Source: Eledone cirrhosa
Lineage: Eukaryota
DNA: 64,000 nucleotides
Assembly (NCBI GenBank): GCA_964016885.1
Contig: OZ024742.1
Location: 295,616,001-295,680,000, forward strand
Direction: 5' to 3'
The notes under the pieces were generated by a model. That model saw only the letters and a list, made by a program, of their open reading frames with translations, made no database searches and was not told the origin of the DNA. Positions 26,690 to 40,143 of this stretch are shown here, piece after piece. Within the stretch, counting starts at the first letter, position 1. The number at the start of each line of letters is the position of its first letter. A program made the position numbers and the translations under genes.

Positions 26690-27330
26690 CACACACACAT
26701 AGACACACAAACACACACTCTCTCTCTCACACACACACACACATTCTCTCTCTCACTCAAACAGACATACATATATACATATGCACACACACACACACAC
26801 TCATATACACAAACAGACATACATATAAACACATGCACACACACACACACTCACTCACTCACACACACACACTACTTTCACACATACAGACACACACGTG
26901 CACATGTAAACAGACATACTCACATATATACACATGCACACACAGACACATACATACACTTATACACACACCCTTATGCAGATATACACATGCACACACA
27001 TATACACACACAAATGCTCATACATATATGTATGCACATTCTCATATACAGACACAAGCATAGATTTAGAGACATGCAGGTACACCACAAACATGTACAT
27101 ATACAAACATGTGCTTCACAAATAAACACACACGTAAACAAACATGCACATAAGTGGATATACCCATTATACACACATATCAGACATACATACAGAGAAA
27201 CTGACTCACTGACACATATATACATAGGGACTAACAGATGCATAAAGCAACACACACATTTGCACACAGAAACACTACCACAGAGAAACATACACTTCCA
27301 CACACATTAACACAGACATACTAACACATA
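26690..27330. repeat. Degenerate (CA)n/(CATA)n low-complexity tract
   Basis: Read directly. Confidence 0.92.
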
Positions 27331-28021
27331 GAACAACATAACTATTGAACACTTTCTATTGGATGATTAAAACTCTAATTACTTAAAATTCTTTGAGAAT
27401 TCTTCAATTTATTTTGAGGAGGACAGACGGGAGGGAGAAGCGGAATGGTTGGTAAAGAAACGAATCAGCTGAAAGTCGTTTAATAATAATGATAATAAAG
27501 TTAAATTATGCACTAATATATATTTCTAATGAATTTGTCAAACAAGTGGTGAAAGCATGATTATGTTAAGGAGTTTGCTTCATAACCATGTCATTACTCT
27601 CTCAGTTCCAATGTGTGGCCCTTGGGCAAACGTCTTTCACTATAGTCTTGTGAGCAATATTCCCTCAAATTTCTACTAAACCCTTGTATTGGTGCCATCC
27701 AATACCAGCCTCCTAAACTATAGTTCTACTGTGAAATGGGTTGGGCTCCAAAACTATGGTTCTGTTATGAGAAGGGTTTGGCATGGCACACTGGCCTGTG
27801 CCTCCTCATAATGGAGCCATCCATTCTACACTGTAAATGTGGTTATTGTTAGGAAGGGCAACCAGCTGCAAAATACCCAGAGCAAGGTGCAACATAGCCA
27901 ACCCTGGCCAGACTTGCCACCTGGTGTGGCAACCTGTCTAACCTATGCAAGCATAGAAGAATGGACGCTAAATGGTAATGATGATGATGATAATGACCGA
28001 GTGGAGCATTTGATGCTTTAA

Positions 28022-28225
28022 ACCTTTAGCATTTAAACCGGCATTATCTGGCCAGAATTCTCTCACCTCTTTCTGTTCAAACCAGTTGTAACCAGCCACT
28101 CGTACTTATATTAAGGTATTGTTCTCAAAATAATATCAAAATCTCATAGAATAGATATTATGTGAGATAAAGCTTTTACCATGAAAATATAATAGTAAAT
28201 ATAGAGTAATATAAATGCTAAAGGG
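28022..28225 (+). mobile_element. piggyBac-like MITE family 1 (~205-225 bp)
   Basis: TTAA|(C/A)CCTTTAGCATTTA ... TAAATGCTAAAGGG|TTAA; six copies in the window. Confidence 0.85.
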
Positions 28226-29017
28226 TTAAACGGAAATATTCTAAATTCAAAGCCACTGCACAGTAACATTTCAATGTATGTAGCAATACAATGACTATAC
28301 AGCTGAGCACTTGCATAGCTTAGAGGGAACGTTCTTTGTGAGTGAAATTTAGTAAACTAGGATTTTTTTCAACATGTTGACGTGTATGTGTATATGTGTG
28401 GTAGTAGCCTGCATCAGACATAGAGAGGAATAGTATGAGATAGTCATAACAACAGTGGTAGAAGCCTGCATCAGTGAATGTTAGATGCTGTTTTCTCTAG
28501 TTTGTCATCACCCCTTCCTTCCTCAATCATCTCTAGTGCATGACATCAAAACCCCTTCCTTCCTCAGTCGTCTCTAGTATGTGATGGAAGGACGGATGAA
28601 AGCTGTTCAAATTTATATATAGATGAGAACTGTGTGGAAGCCTGTTGTATGTGTTCATGTGTGTGTCTGTTTGTTTGCTTATTTTCTGTAACTTAGTGGT
28701 TCAGCAAAAAATAGTTTGATAAAATAAATTCCATGGCCACAGTATAATGAGTGAAACTAGTAAATGAATATTAATGAAAAGGTCATTAGTTTACCAAACT
28801 GCTGATTAAAGTGTCTGTACTACAGACAAGAAAATATTGTGAGATAATAACTTCAATTTCAAATTGTTTTATAAAATTAATAAAGTTAATCAGCAAATTT
28901 AAAATTACACTTGATCTCAAATCCTTACATTAAAAACATACAATTAAAAATTAATAAAAAAAGCAACAACTCAATATTCTATCCTAAATGTTTATAATTA
29001 TTGATGATGATATAAGG

Positions 29018-29240
29018 GTGGGTAATTGGCAGTATTGGTAGAGCATCAGACACCATGCTTCGCTGCATATAGTTATGTCCTTTTATGCTCTGAGTTCAAA
29101 TCCCGCTAAGGTTAGCTTTGCCTTCCATCCTTATGGGATTGATAAAATAAAGTACCAGCAATGAACTGGGGTCGATTTAATCAACTTTCCCATCCCCCAA
29201 AATTGCTGGCCTTGTGCCTAAATCACAAACCATTATTATT
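29018..29240 (+). mobile_element. tRNA-derived SINE family A (long subtype); representative copy
   Basis: A-box TGGCAGTATTGG, B-box GAGTTCAAATCCC, central GCCTTCCATCC..GATAAAATAAAGTACCAG, (ATT)n tail. Other copies: ~600-780(-), 830-1035(-), 2088-2300(+), 15390-15575(-), 24290-24460(-), 39320-39497(+), 42480-42657(-), 49825-49952(-), 50283-50462(-), 52355-52497(-). Confidence 0.85.
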
Positions 29241-30379
29241 GATGATAAACTCTGGAATCTAAAGAAAGTGGTGATGGTCTGTTTTGGTAAAGAGTTCAAT
29301 AAGTTTAGTTGCCATGAGAGGTAGGTTTGGCTGTATGGTTAAGAAGTTTGTTTCACAGTCATTTGGTTTCAGTGTCAATCCCACTGTGTGGTAGCTTGGG
29401 TAAGTACCTTTGGCTGACCAATGACTTTGGGCAAGGGAAATGGTGAAGAAGTGCTGAACATGAGACATGTGCTCCCAACTCATCCAATAAAGTTTTAATT
29501 TGGTTTTGATCCCTGCTAACATAGATGAATGGATGTTGATAATGATGATGATGATGATAGTGGTGGTGGTGGTGGTGTGTGTATGTGTCTTTGCTTTGAA
29601 TTGACAATGTTTAGATAGCTGATGAATTTTGATTATGTCCCACATCTCAGCAGTTCAGCATGCAGATCAATACAATATTTAAAATAAAGTAAAGTTTGGC
29701 ACCAGAAATGGCATCTGATTGTGAAACAGAAATCTCATCCAACCCATGGCTGTATAGAAAGGAAGACAGACAAAATGATAATAAGGAATGTAAATTCTGT
29801 TTCATACTTTGATTTTCATTTGAGAGTGAAATATCTCAAGAAAACAGTGTTGGAACTAGAGCCCGAATAACAATAGAAGTGGAATGGCTGATGAAGTGGA
29901 TATAGCTGGCTGTTCTATCACTAAGATGTACCAAAAGTGTAAAGTTTGTCGCTCCAATTGTTTCTTTTATTTATTTTTCTCTTTCCATCTTTTTCTCTGT
30001 TCTCTCTTTTTCTGTTTGTAAATATTTACAATTGAATATAAAATTTAGAATCAATACAATCATTACTACTTTCTTCTTATATAAAAAAAAACAAACCATT
30101 ATTTAACTCTTCTATTTATTATTAAAAGCAACTATGCCAAGAACTGAATGTATCATTTTTTTTCTCCAGATGAAAACAAAATGAAAGGGGAAAAGAAGAA
30201 AAGACAGATTTGAATAAAGTAAATGTATAAGGGCAGCATTAGAAAGACTGACATGGTAATCTGTGGTATTGAACCTTTTCAGAATAGATGATTTTTGATG
30301 ATGATGATATATATACCTAGAATAAGAATAGGATTGATTAATTTCAGGGAACTATTACGCCTGTTGAAAACAAATGTTT

Positions 30380-30829
30380 TTCATTACAAATGAAAGGTTG
30401 GTTGTTTGAGGTCTGCATGAGAAGTGCAGTGTTGCATAGTAGTGACACATGGGCAGAGACTGTTGAGGACATGCAAAACCTGAAGAGAAATGAAATGAGT
30501 ATGATTCAATGGATGTGTGATGTTGTGCATGACCAGTGAAGTGTGGATGAGCTGAGAAAGAAATTTGGGTGTAAGAAGAAAGAAAACTAGTATGCAAGAG
30601 AGAAGACTGCACTGAGTTGGACACACGATGCATATGGATGATGATCATTGGATGAACAAGTGCCAAGAGATCTCAGTGAAAGGAAGGTGCAAGAGAGGAA
30701 AATCAATGAAGACCTGGGCAGAAGTAGTGAGAGTGGATATTAAAATGCTGAACATCACAGGGAAAATGATGAAGGAACACAACATATAAAGGGAGATTGG
30801 GCTGGAAAAGACTCTCTCATCCCATTCAA

Positions 30830-30833
<4 letters not shown>
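30380..30833 (+). mobile_element. Degenerate RTE 3' fragment
   Basis: Decayed LHSSDTWA / RRLH.GH / KTW coding similar to the RTE C-terminus, followed by a long TA tract. Confidence 0.7.
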
Positions 30834-30882
<49 letters not shown>

Positions 30883-31137
30883 ATATATATATAATATATA
30901 TATTATATATATATATTATATATATAATATATATATTATATATATAAAATATATATATATATATTATATATATATATATATTATATATATATAATATATA
31001 TATATTATATATATATTATATATATATTATATATATATTATATATATATTATATATATATTATATATATATTATATATATATTATATATATTATATATAT
31101 ATATTATATATATATTATATATATATTATATATATAT

Positions 31138-31168
<31 letters not shown>

Positions 31169-31215
31169 ATATATATATATTATATATATATTATATATAT
31201 ATATTATATATATAT

Positions 31216-31249
<34 letters not shown>

Positions 31250-31257
31250 ATATTATA
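30833..31257. repeat. ~420-bp (TA)n / TATAT-TATATA microsatellite
   Basis: Almost pure A/T alternation. Confidence 0.97.
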
Positions 31258-32060
31258 ATCATCATCATCATTTAACATCTGATTTCCCTGCTATACATAT
31301 ATGATAGGCTGCTGCACAGTGAAATTGAACACAAAGACATGTGGCTGTGAAGCAAACTTCTTAACCACACAGCCATAGATCAATTTAAACAAAAAGATTT
31401 TCCTGCAAGTATAAAAAACAAATTGATATCTTTCAGTAGTTTGTAATTTGACATGAAAATATTTGGCAGTTTCCTTTGTGGTAGTGCTGGATATAAGAAT
31501 AGTTTGTGAGTGAAAGGTAGAGAAGCACATTATGTCAGAAATACATCCACTTGTTAGTTTGTAGATTTATAACTGGGACAGTAGCCAAAGAATCTTCTAG
31601 AAAAACTAGTCAATGTCTTTATATACAGTTCCAGGTCATTGAAAAATCTATTTTTGCATTGAATTGTCTATCAAATTATCCAATATCAAAGGAGACTGTG
31701 ATGATAAATTGGAGTTATTTTTGAGAAAAGGCAGCAGAGACAAAGATACCATTCATTCTATCATAGACAATCGAATCATAAAGAATTCTCAAGTGCCATA
31801 AAAAGATAACTTCTCAACAATTAGATAATAGCTAGTGAGCAGAATTCCTGTATTTTTAAGAGCCATAATTCTTTGTTTTAATAAAAAAAAGAAAAATTTA
31901 ACACTTATGTTTGCAGATGATGCATTTTAAATCATCATTGGTTTTACATTCGTTTTTCCATGCTGGCATGGGTTGAATCAAACAATTTTGAGGCAGTTTT
32001 CTACGGTTGGATGCCCTTTTGAAAAACAAGCTCTTACTTGTTTTTTTCTTTTCCTTTTAA

Positions 32061-32284
32061 CCTTTTATCATTTAAACCTGCCATATCTGGCTAGAATTCT
32101 CTCACCTCTTCCTGTTCAAACTGACTATAACTAGCTGCTCATACTGACATTAAGGTATTGTTCTCAAAAAAAAAAATAACATCAAAATCTTATAGCTTTG
32201 ATATTATGTGAGATAATTACGTAAGATAAAGCCTTTACCATGAAAATACCATAGTAAATATAGAGTAATGTAAATGCTAAGGGG
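32061..32284 (+). mobile_element. piggyBac-like MITE family 1
   Basis: Same body and TIRs; TTAA at 32057-32060 and 32285-32288. Confidence 0.85.
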
Positions 32285-35200
32285 TTAAACCCTTTTGATA
32301 TCAAACTGCCCAAAACTGCCTTTGGTTCATTAAACAAGACTACCAAAATCTTTTAGATATTTCATGAATTTTAATACTAGGTCACAAATAAAATTGTCCA
32401 AGAATATCATAATATTTACAATAGTTACAATAATATTCCACATATTGGAATAAATCACTAATTTGGAGGGTTACATGCTGCAACACATTTTCTGGTTCCA
32501 GCCTTATCACAAACCCATAATACAAAAGAGTGGAACATAACAAAATACTGAGAGCTGAGTCAATTGCCATAGAGTAGAGGTTCTCAAACTTTTAGGGCCA
32601 CCGCCCTCATTATGGCCACATAATACCCTCAACCCCTCACCCCTATTTCCAGAGAAGGACCTGCCTACATGCAAATTGTAAATGATATATAATAAATAAA
32701 ATCGTTAATTTATATATAATAAATAATATAATATATACTATGTATAAATAAATATATACTTTTTATTTTACTATATTTATATATAATATGTATAATTTGA
32801 TATTTAATATACTATCATCTCTAACGCTCCCTCTGCCTCAGGCTGCACCTGTGAGGTGAAATGGCAGATGCAGTAATTACTGTTGGCTCTTCTCTGAGGT
32901 AATGATGTTGTGGGGCACAGCTGAGATGTACCACCAAGTCAAGAATGTAGAGTTTATCTCCCCTTCATACTTTTATCTTTTTTTGTACTCCCTCCTTTTA
33001 TCTTTTTTCCTCCTCTTATAAATAAATATGACACTTTGACTCAATAGTTTTAAAACTATTCATGACATTAGTTGGAGAAAGTTAAAACTGTCTCACAGTG
33101 TGTGTCTTTGTATGTGTATATGTACGTTTGTGCATATACATGTGTGTGTGTGTGTGTGTGTATGCATCTGTATATTGTGGCTTGTGTATATAAGTATGTG
33201 TGTGCATGTGAATATGTGTGTGAATCTGTATATGTGTTTGTGTGCGTATGTATGTTTGGGCATATATATATGTGTGTGTATGCATGTGTATATGTGGGTT
33301 TGTGTATGTATGTGTGAGTGTGTGTCTATTAAGGCTATTTTCAGACAGTATGTTGTGGACAGCAAATCCACTTAAGCTGTTGTGTCTGGAGTGTTTCCTA
33401 CCAAGCAGTACATCATACTGTCACAGTGGTCATATTTTAGTATTTTACTACCATTTATCAATTCATGTAGAACTGGATGTGGATTCATCATAATCATCAT
33501 TTTATGTCTGCTTTCCCCACCGACATTGGTTAGATGGTTTGACATGGTCAAAAACTAGACAGGCTGGAATGACTTTGTCTTACTCATAAGTTCCATTTTT
33601 GCACGATTTGGCAGGAGTTTCTTCTTAATGCCAACTAGATTACATAATGTATTGAGTACACAAGAGAAGTTGCCATATGCTTTGCCAGATTGGTGACTCC
33701 TCTTTACGCTTTATTGTCTTGGTTCAATCACCAACCACTTTATGGAGTATACTGAGTGTATTTTATCATAGAACCAGCACTATAAAGGTTGTTGGGTACA
33801 CAACAGGTTCTAAGGGTCCTGTGATCAAAGATATTCCTGCCAAGATCATCTGGTGAAATTTCTGTATAGTGTACACAGGATTACATTACTCATTATGTAT
33901 TTTGTTCTGATGGTAGGATGTGTTTTGAGGGAGATTTGGTTGCTATTTCCAGCAGATAGAGATTGCCTCATTGGCAAGTCTGTACAGAAGTGGAGCCACT
34001 GATCTTTCAAGCAAGCCAGGGATGTTTGTCTCACTTATGTACTGTCTCACATTTCATTGAGTGCTCAGGAGAAGTTGTCATGCCTTTCACTCAACTGTGG
34101 GTCCTCACAACCCTTTGTTTTGCAAGATTTCTACAGCTGGATTCTCTTCCTATCACCAACCATTTTACAGTGTGTATTGGATGTGTTTATCATGTAAATC
34201 ACCTACACTAGGGAGGTTGTCATGTCTTTGACATGACTGGAGGGTCTTCCCGATCCTTTGTTTGGCAAGTTTTCTATGGCTGGAGGCCCTTCTTATCATC
34301 AACCACTTTACAGCATGTGCGTATATATATGTATATGCACATCGCTAGTGACTTACATAGTAAATGCAACCAGTATGCTATGTAAAGTGGCTGGTGATAG
34401 GAAGAGCATCCAACTGTAGAAAACATGCCAATCATATGGTTTTTTTTAAATGTGTCAAAAATATGGCAATCTTACTAGTGCAATGATATGGACTTGATAG
34501 ATTATGAGATCACATGTGAGCTGTGGGTCCCCTGTTGGAGCAATCTATAGAGTATGGGAATATATGCAAATAAGATGAAGGCTTGGCCCAACTGTGTGGT
34601 TAGTAGCTTTACTTGAGTACTAATCAGTTTGGGGAAGACATGACCAACCCTTACTAACAGAGAAAACGGACATTAATCAATGATGATGAGGATATGTATG
34701 TGTCTAACTTTCCTCATCTAGCCATGATAAATGCCAAGTATACACACTTTCTCTCCACCTAACTGCTACACACATCCTACACATACACTGTCTCAACGTC
34801 TCTCTCTCTACTTCTCTCCCTCCTCATCTATCTCTCTTAAACTAACTGCTACACTCACCCTACACATACACACAGAGTCTCTACCTCTCTCTCCCTCCAT
34901 CTCTCTTTCCCTATCTATCTCTCCTAAACTAACTGCTACATGCAATCATGCATCAATGATATATATACTTCTCTTTCTCCTTCTCTCTCTCTCTCCTCAA
35001 CTAATGCCATACATATATATGCACACATGACATACTTCATGATATTCACTTCTGATTTATGTATGAAATATATATCACAGACAACAGAAACCTATGTTGC
35101 CATATGTCAAAATTTCCTATAAATTCTAGAAATAGGTTCATATGTGATCTTACATCATCATCATCACCATCACTATCACCGCACGTTTTATATTGTTCTT

Positions 35201-35666
35201 TTTCTGTCTTTATATAGTCATGCAAACAATACACGAATCCTATATATTTTGAAACTCTAGCATGCTCTAATCAACCAAACCATCAAAAAAACAAAAAAAC
35301 AAAAAAACTCATAAAAAAATACCCAAAGAAATCAAAGAATTAATCAATGATGAGATAAAAGATCTTTCTGATCATTTTTAATGTTTTTTCCTAGTACGAA
35401 AGAAAAAAATATCTTAACTTTCCCTGTTTTTCATTTTAATATCAATACTTTTTGCTGTGTTTTTTTTTGTATACAAATACTGTAACTGTCGATTTTACAC
35501 AGTTTATTCTAAGATTAATGATTATATTTTTAATATATCAATACATTCTTTTCTAACCAAAGGAGTTATATTGTTATGAAACAAAAAGAAACTTATAACC
35601 TTTCATATTTTTTCTATAATAGATGCAAATTTAAGCAAAATCTAAAGATTTTACAATAATCTAGGA

Positions 35667-36320
35667 CAGAGCTTTCAAATTTTTTTTATTTTGTTCACTT
35701 AAATTTTAATGTTTTTGTGACTGTATTTCATTAGAAATACAATCTATTTCAGTTAATGAAGCATTTTGAGGGATTTATTAAAATTAATAATTATTTTATA
35801 ATTAAGATTTTAACTTAATATATGGTTCTTAAATAAGATCATATTGGAAGTTGATTTAAATAGAAACTCTTTAAAATGACTGGTTTTGTTTCATAGAACC
35901 AAAGCCAGTTCTAGCTGTTTTTACAATAATCTAGAGCATATCTTTCTAAACATTGGTGGCATACATTTTAAAAATATAAAGTTTGTTGTCATAATACATT
36001 TTACTAGTAACATAGATAAACTATTAAATATCCTATCATATGATACGACTGGGGGTCCCATTCATTAAAACACCCAGAGAAACCTTCTTTGTGATGCAAC
36101 CACATGGAAGGCCAGCTAAACCTATATAGGTGTGAACTGTAACAACATATCACAGGTCACCAGTCACCTTTCTTATTGTACACAGAATTGTCAGATCTCA
36201 AATATACTTCACAACCAAAATATTCATCAAAATTTATAAGATCTCATCTAATTTTACCATATACCTCAAGATTATCACTAACACACCAAAATAATCTGAC
36301 ATGCAGTTTGAAAATCCCTG
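35667..36320. mobile_element. hAT (Charlie-like) non-autonomous element
   Basis: Termini CAGAGCTTTCAAA / TTTGAAAATCCCTG; 8-bp flanks ATCTAGGA and GTCTAGGT resemble the NTCTAGAN target of Charlie elements. Confidence 0.55.
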
Positions 36321-37034
36321 GTCTAGGTATTAGCAATGAAGGTTATTATGAGCCTGTCAGATCAATTTCATATAAAGTAGCTCAAAATTTTCAAAAAGTA
36401 GCATGTTGTGCTAGAAAATAGCACAAAATAAACATATATATATATATATGTGTGTGTGTATGTAAAAAGAAAACAACACAGTACAATGAAGAAATGTATT
36501 ACCTTAGCGCTTTGAATAATAGGAAAAAAAAGTATTAATGTTTTGGACACTAGTCCTTCATTAGAAGATAGAATGAGAAATAAAAGATGAAATAGAAAGA
36601 TAGAGAGTGAGGAGTGGAAGGAGAGGGAAAAAATGAGAAAAAAAACATGTCCATATTCAGCCATTTTTTGGATATATGAAGATTGTCAGTATGTCAGTTC
36701 TAATTTTCGTAATTGATAATTCTATGTGATATTCAATTGGATTCTTACTATTGAAAATAAAATCTTTAAAGTAGAAACTAGCACAAATTAAAAACAAAAA
36801 TTTAGTAAACTCTTGAAAAGTAGAAAATAATCCTGCAAGGTAGTATAATCCACCGTTTCAACTCTAATCTGGGTAGTTATCTAGGTAATCATATGTATTA
36901 CTATATAAATATATATTAACCTTTTCATTGCCATATCTTTAATGAAAGACACTGCCTATGTTTGGAAAAATTTAGAAAATAATAAACAAAATCTGACTGG
37001 AATTTAATAATGTAACAAACTTACTCTTTATTAA

Positions 37035-37242
37035 TCCTTTAGCATTTAAACTGGCCGTATCCAGCCAGAATTCTCTCAACTCTTTCTTTTCAAACTGGCT
37101 ATAACTGGCCACTCATACTAATGTTAAGGTATTGTTCTCAAAATAAATAATATCATAGATTCATAGATTCAAGATTATGTGAGATAAAGCATTTACCATG
37201 AAAATATAATAGTAAATATAGAGTAATGTAAATGCTAAAGGG
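37035..37242 (+). mobile_element. piggyBac-like MITE family 1, nested in a family 2 copy
   Basis: Same body; interrupts the family 2 sequence TATTAAGCTAG at its TTAA. Confidence 0.85.
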
Positions 37243-37461
37243 GTAAGCTAGTATTTGGAATATAACTAAAGTTTTTAATTGGAATTATGATGGAAGTTTT
37301 TAGATAAATGTAAACATTCAAAAATAAACAGCTTTGTATCAGATAACCAGGGGCAGTTTCAGGTGGTTTAACATAAAATGTGCTACATATATAAAGAAAT
37401 AAATCTTTTGATTTCCTAGGTTTTAAACCAACTCTTTATATATATATATATATATGTATAT

Positions 37462-38258
37462 CGACTGTATGATGCCTGCATACGAACAGCAATGCTACAT
37501 GGCAGTGAGACATGGGCATTGTGTGCAGAGGATCTGCACAGACTGGAGAGGAATGAAGCTTGCATGCTCCGTTGGATGTGTAATAGTAATATACGTGAAC
37601 GGCAAAGCATAAATGAACTAAGTGAGAAATTAGAAATAAGAGGGATCAGATGCTGTTTACTCGAGAGAAGACTACGTTGGTATGGTCACGTGATACGCAT
37701 GAAAGACGACAGCTGTATAAAAAAGTGCAGGACGATTAAAACAGACGCAAGCTACGGAGTAGGTAGACCCAGAAAAACCTGGGACGATTTGATAAATTCC
37801 GACCTTACACACTTACACCTCTTCAAGACAATGTCACTGGACCGAGATCTTTGGCGCTATGCAGTAATACAGAAGACCCACCTTGCCTAAGTACAAAGTG
37901 AAACCTATAGTCAGTAGGCTCCTCCTAACCAAAAATACACCCCACGCCACTACCCTTACCCCACCCCCATCACTTAAAGTTATGTTGGTACCACAACATC
38001 CAGTCCTAAATAAATGAGGTCGTGTAGGTGTCACAACAAAAAAAACACAGTCCACGCTGTAATGTGGCCATGTAGGTAACACGGTAAAAACCTCCCAGTC
38101 CACACTGTAAACGTGGTTGGTGTTAGGAAGGGCATCCAGCCGTAGAAAACCCACCAGACAGTCCTATACGAGCAAGACAACCAATCTTGCCTCACGTGGG
38201 ACAATTCCCATCTAAACCCATGCTAACGTGGAAGATAGACATTAAACGACGATGATGA

Positions 38259-38260
<2 letters not shown>
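37462..38260 (+). mobile_element. 5'-truncated RTE 3' fragment (same family as copies A/B) inserted in (TA)n
   Basis: ORF 37492-37890 matches the C-terminus of 61388-62722. Same 3' UTR and (GAT)n tail; (TA)n on both sides. Confidence 0.92.
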
Positions 38261-38327
<67 letters not shown>

Positions 38328-38604
38328 TACACATAAATGTGAATGTATAGAAATATCCCATGTTTATGGTCCAAAAATTAAATTGCATCAGTTGTTGATA
38401 TAATAACAGCCTTACTACTTTAACAGTAATAATAGGGAATATGCTAAAGCTGCATTAAAATAAGACTTCTAAATGTACACAACTTTTTACCCCACTGATG
38501 AGGTGGAGTTTATGATAGAAACACAGTGCAGTGTCAAGTCAATATTAAATTTAATATATTCTTTCTTTCTATTGTATTTTGTGTATATATTGAATTACCC
38601 CACC

Positions 38605-38646
<42 letters not shown>

Positions 38647-38957
38647 CCTTGCTAGCAGGGAAAGCGGACGTTAAATGACAATGATGATAATGATATATAT
38701 ATAAGTGCAAGGGCATACACACAACATACAGTAGGATGGACAAATATCAATACAGAAGCATACAAAAACACACATATATACATGTGCACATGTGTGTATG
38801 TGTGTGGAGGCTATGTTATGATATTCATTTGTTAAGTGAACTTTTTGAAATTGGAACATTTTCGGCCAAGCTTAAATTACTACAGAATCAATCAGTCTGA
38901 AACCTAATTCTTTTAAGTGTCTGATCACACTGAAGAATGACCACTGACCCCCCCCCC

Positions 38958-38989
<32 letters not shown>

Positions 38990-39699
38990 TCAAATATGCA
39001 TGCTTATAAATATACACAAACACACACATCCACATATACTACTGAAATGTTTGAATTGGGTAATCTTTTATGTCTCTGAGTTACACATTTTTATCTATTT
39101 GATGATGATGAAAATGAGGATGACAACGGTGATGATTCCATTACATTTCAACTATTCAACAATAAACAACAAAGAAAAGATTAAAAGAATGTTGTTTTAA
39201 GATGTTTCTCAGACCAGACATACAACACTGCAGACAAGTTCTATAAGTGTTTCCCCCAGAGGTAGAAGTTTCAAACAATATCAATAATGTCAATATTCCT
39301 CGATAATTTTTAATAATCATTCGGTAGAGGGTCGGACGCCATGCTTTGACGCATAGAGTTACGGCCCTTGCCATTCTGAGTTCAAATCCCGCCGAGGTTA
39401 ACTTTGCCTTTCATCCTTACGGGGCCGATAAAATAAAGTACCAGTAATACATTGGGATAATTACTGGCCTTGTGCCAAAAGTAGAAACAATTATTATATT
39501 AACTGAGATAGAACACACTTTGTAATGATATTTAGTGACCCAGTACAATCTGTAATTGTGGTTGGCATTCAAATGGAGTAGAAATGATTCTTGGCAATCA
39601 ATATAGAGTAGAAATGATTCTTCAATGTACATTCTTTAAGGCAGTTAGTATCATGAAATGAATCCAGCCAGAGAAACCATGCAAAATATGGAATGTTTA

Positions 39700-40143
39700 G
39701 TGTTCTGCCAGACCCAGGATTATTTACTTGAGTAAATATCACCGGAATCTAACTACTAAATTTTATACAGAAAAGGATAAGATATATTTACAAAACACCA
39801 TATCGAATACAAGTTTTCATTTTATTATAACTCCGTTATAATTATTGTACACAAATATCCTCGTACATATTTAGGTATAGTCCAAGCCCATGATTAACAT
39901 GTTTATCTTCAGTGTTGTCGGATCGAAGGAAAGGCGCCAAAGAGAGAAAGAGCTGGCTGTGTTGCTGCTATTTATAACCTCTTTCCGGAAGTTGCAAAAG
40001 AGAGTTCTAGACTTTCGACGGGAAGTAACTCTAACTACTTCCCTGTCTAGAGAGCGCTACAAATGTGTGACCAAAATGAAATCTATGAAATCTCTCTGAC
40101 TTGTCTAGTTTTAGACAAAGACAACCTGTTTAACCAAGCCACA
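39700..40143 (-). mobile_element. Possible solo LTR
   Basis: CpG-retaining block. On the minus strand TATAAATA (~39970) is followed by a CT-rich leader and AATAAA (~39822). Termini and TSD are not resolved. Confidence 0.35.

Noticed and set aside
36010-36140. Possible minus-strand exon
   Set aside because: No convincing donor or recognisable peptide, and it lies inside a putative hAT element.
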